Position numbers and translations under genes: made by a program. From positions 14,044,485-14,108,484 of the forward strand of contig NC_134027.1 in the NCBI RefSeq assembly GCF_964204645.1: 64,000 nt of DNA. Reading direction: 5' to 3'. Shown one piece after another: positions 62,556 through 64,000 of the stretch. The notes beneath the pieces were generated by a model. That model was not told the origin of the DNA, made no database searches, and was given only the letters and a program-made list of their open reading frames with translations. Origin of the DNA: Tubulanus polymorphus (Eukaryota; Animalia; Nemertea). Position 1 is the stretch's first letter, and every line of letters starts with the position of its first letter.

Positions 62556-64000
62556 CTATGAGACGAGAAGATACACAATATCCGTGTAAGAAGATAACAA
62601 GAGAAATCCCACAATAAGTTCAGCCAAAACGAGAAACTTGAATAGAAGAGTTATATATATATTTGCGCAACGTTTCGGCTAAAGACTATTAGCCATCATC
62701 AGGCGTACTGAGTACAGGAGAATATTACAAGATATTTATACAAGACCAAAACAATAGAAGCAGAGTGAGTGATTAAAATATTGAAAGGGGAATAGATTAA
62801 AGTAATGACATAACAACTAGAAAACAATGCTAAAGTAAGCAAGGCAAACTAGGGGCAATGTAGATTAAAGTAATTAATAAACAAAGACACAAGCTAAAGT
62901 GATTAAAACGGGAGGACAAGCTAAGGGGTAATCAAATAAAACAAAGAGAAGGAACATGAAAGGCGATAATCAGTGAGTGAGTGGAAACAAGCAAACTATG
63001 ATAAAGGCAAAACAATGGAGGGAATTAGTATAACGGGGGTACAAGAGAAGCGAGAAATTTGGAGATCAAAATGTTGTGGGGGGAGAAACCGTTATTCAAA
63101 TTAACACAATTTTCCAAGTTTTCAATAATCAGGGCCGATTCCATAATGTGTCGTTTAATCTTTTCTGAACAGGGGAAAAAATTATGGAGGCATTTTCAAA
63201 ATCAAAATTGTGGCTGGTTTCGTATACGTGATTGGCAACACCGCTTTCAGGCTTAAAATTCTTTACATCATTCTTATGTTCACGAATGCGCTTGTGTAAA
63301 TCGCGTCCGGTTTCGCCGATATATATTTTGTTACAAACTTTACAGGGAATTTTATATACACCAATGTTCAGGGGTTCAATTTTGGGGGAGTTATGAGTAA
63401 GATTACGACTAAGTTTGTTGTTATAAGTAAAAATGAGTTGTTTGTTTAAGAGATGGAGGGGAGTTTTAGATTTTTCCAGAAAAGGAACAAAAGGTACAAT
63501 AATAGGCTGTTTACGCGCGCGGGTCCCTTGAGAGTGACTGAAATGTGAACGACGGGCTCTCAAGAGAGCTTTATTCAAAATGTCGTCGGGGTAAGCTAAT
63601 TTATTAAGAGAGGTCTTGATCTGGGTTAGTTCATCATCCAAGAAAAGGGGGTCACAAATCCTTAATGCGCGAAGGAATAAGCTTTGGGCAACACTAAGTT
63701 TAATGTTATGAGCGGTGAAGGAGAAATAATGTAGGTATGTTCCAGAGTGGGTAGGTTTCCTATAAACCGAGAATTTTAGACAAGACAAACAATTGTGTAT
63801 ACAAACATCAAGGAAAGGGATTTTCCCATCAACTTCCAATTCAAATGTGAAGTTCAAGGAGGGATAAAAAGAGTTAATAAATGTGAGAAATTGATCAATA
63901 TCAAAGTCAAAAGGTATAAGGGCAAGAATATCATCAACGTATCGTAACCAAAGTTTAGGGAGAGTATCTGTGTAAAGAGGTAGTAATTCGGTTTCAACGT
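62556..64000 (-). mobile_element. Penelope-like retroelement (RT + GIY-YIG endonuclease), running off the window
   Basis: WLRYVDDI at about 63930-63950; IPFLDV; VYRKPTH..YLHY.S; FLRALRIC; GVYKIPCKVCNKIYIGETGRDLHKRIREH; frameshift near the C-terminus; hammerhead in the 3' region. Confidence 0.92.
62665..62706 (-). ncRNA. Minimal type I hammerhead ribozyme (Penelope-associated)
   Basis: Minus strand reads ACGC-CUGAUGA-U-GGCUAA-(UAGUCU)-UUAGCC-GAAA-CGUU-GCGC: stem I CGC/GCG, 6-bp stem II, palindromic AACGUU. Confidence 0.8.

Overview
AT-rich eukaryotic DNA, most likely an invertebrate bilaterian, consisting almost entirely of nested transposable elements. It is not prokaryotic and contains no CRISPR array or rRNA. 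Main contents: (1) a fragmented, intron-containing fossil gene joining a CIDE-N-like domain to a Zator-like DDE transposase (about 6.9-16.3 kb); (2) a decayed BEL/Pao LTR retrotransposon; (3) a full-length but disrupted DIRS element with inverted terminal repeats and an internal complementary region; (4) a ~755-bp tandem array with conserved hairpin-forming blocks (28.9-34.8 kb, with outliers to 44.9 kb); (5) an apparently intact piggyBac; (6) two exons of an ACSF2-like acyl-CoA synthetase separated by a GC-AG intron; (7) Sola2-like and hAT-like transposase relics; (8) many DINE-1-like non-autonomous Helentrons whose 154-bp internal monomer carries a CTCF-like motif; (9) Penelope-like elements with minimal hammerhead ribozymes; (10) MITEs with 2-, 4-, 5- and 6-bp target-site duplications. 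The most interesting signals are the CIDE-N/transposase fusion, recurrent TA-(GGC/GCC/GGCC)-TA micro-insertions that look like excision footprints, the CTCF-like cassette and the structured array. All family assignments come from recognising motifs by eye; no database searches were run.
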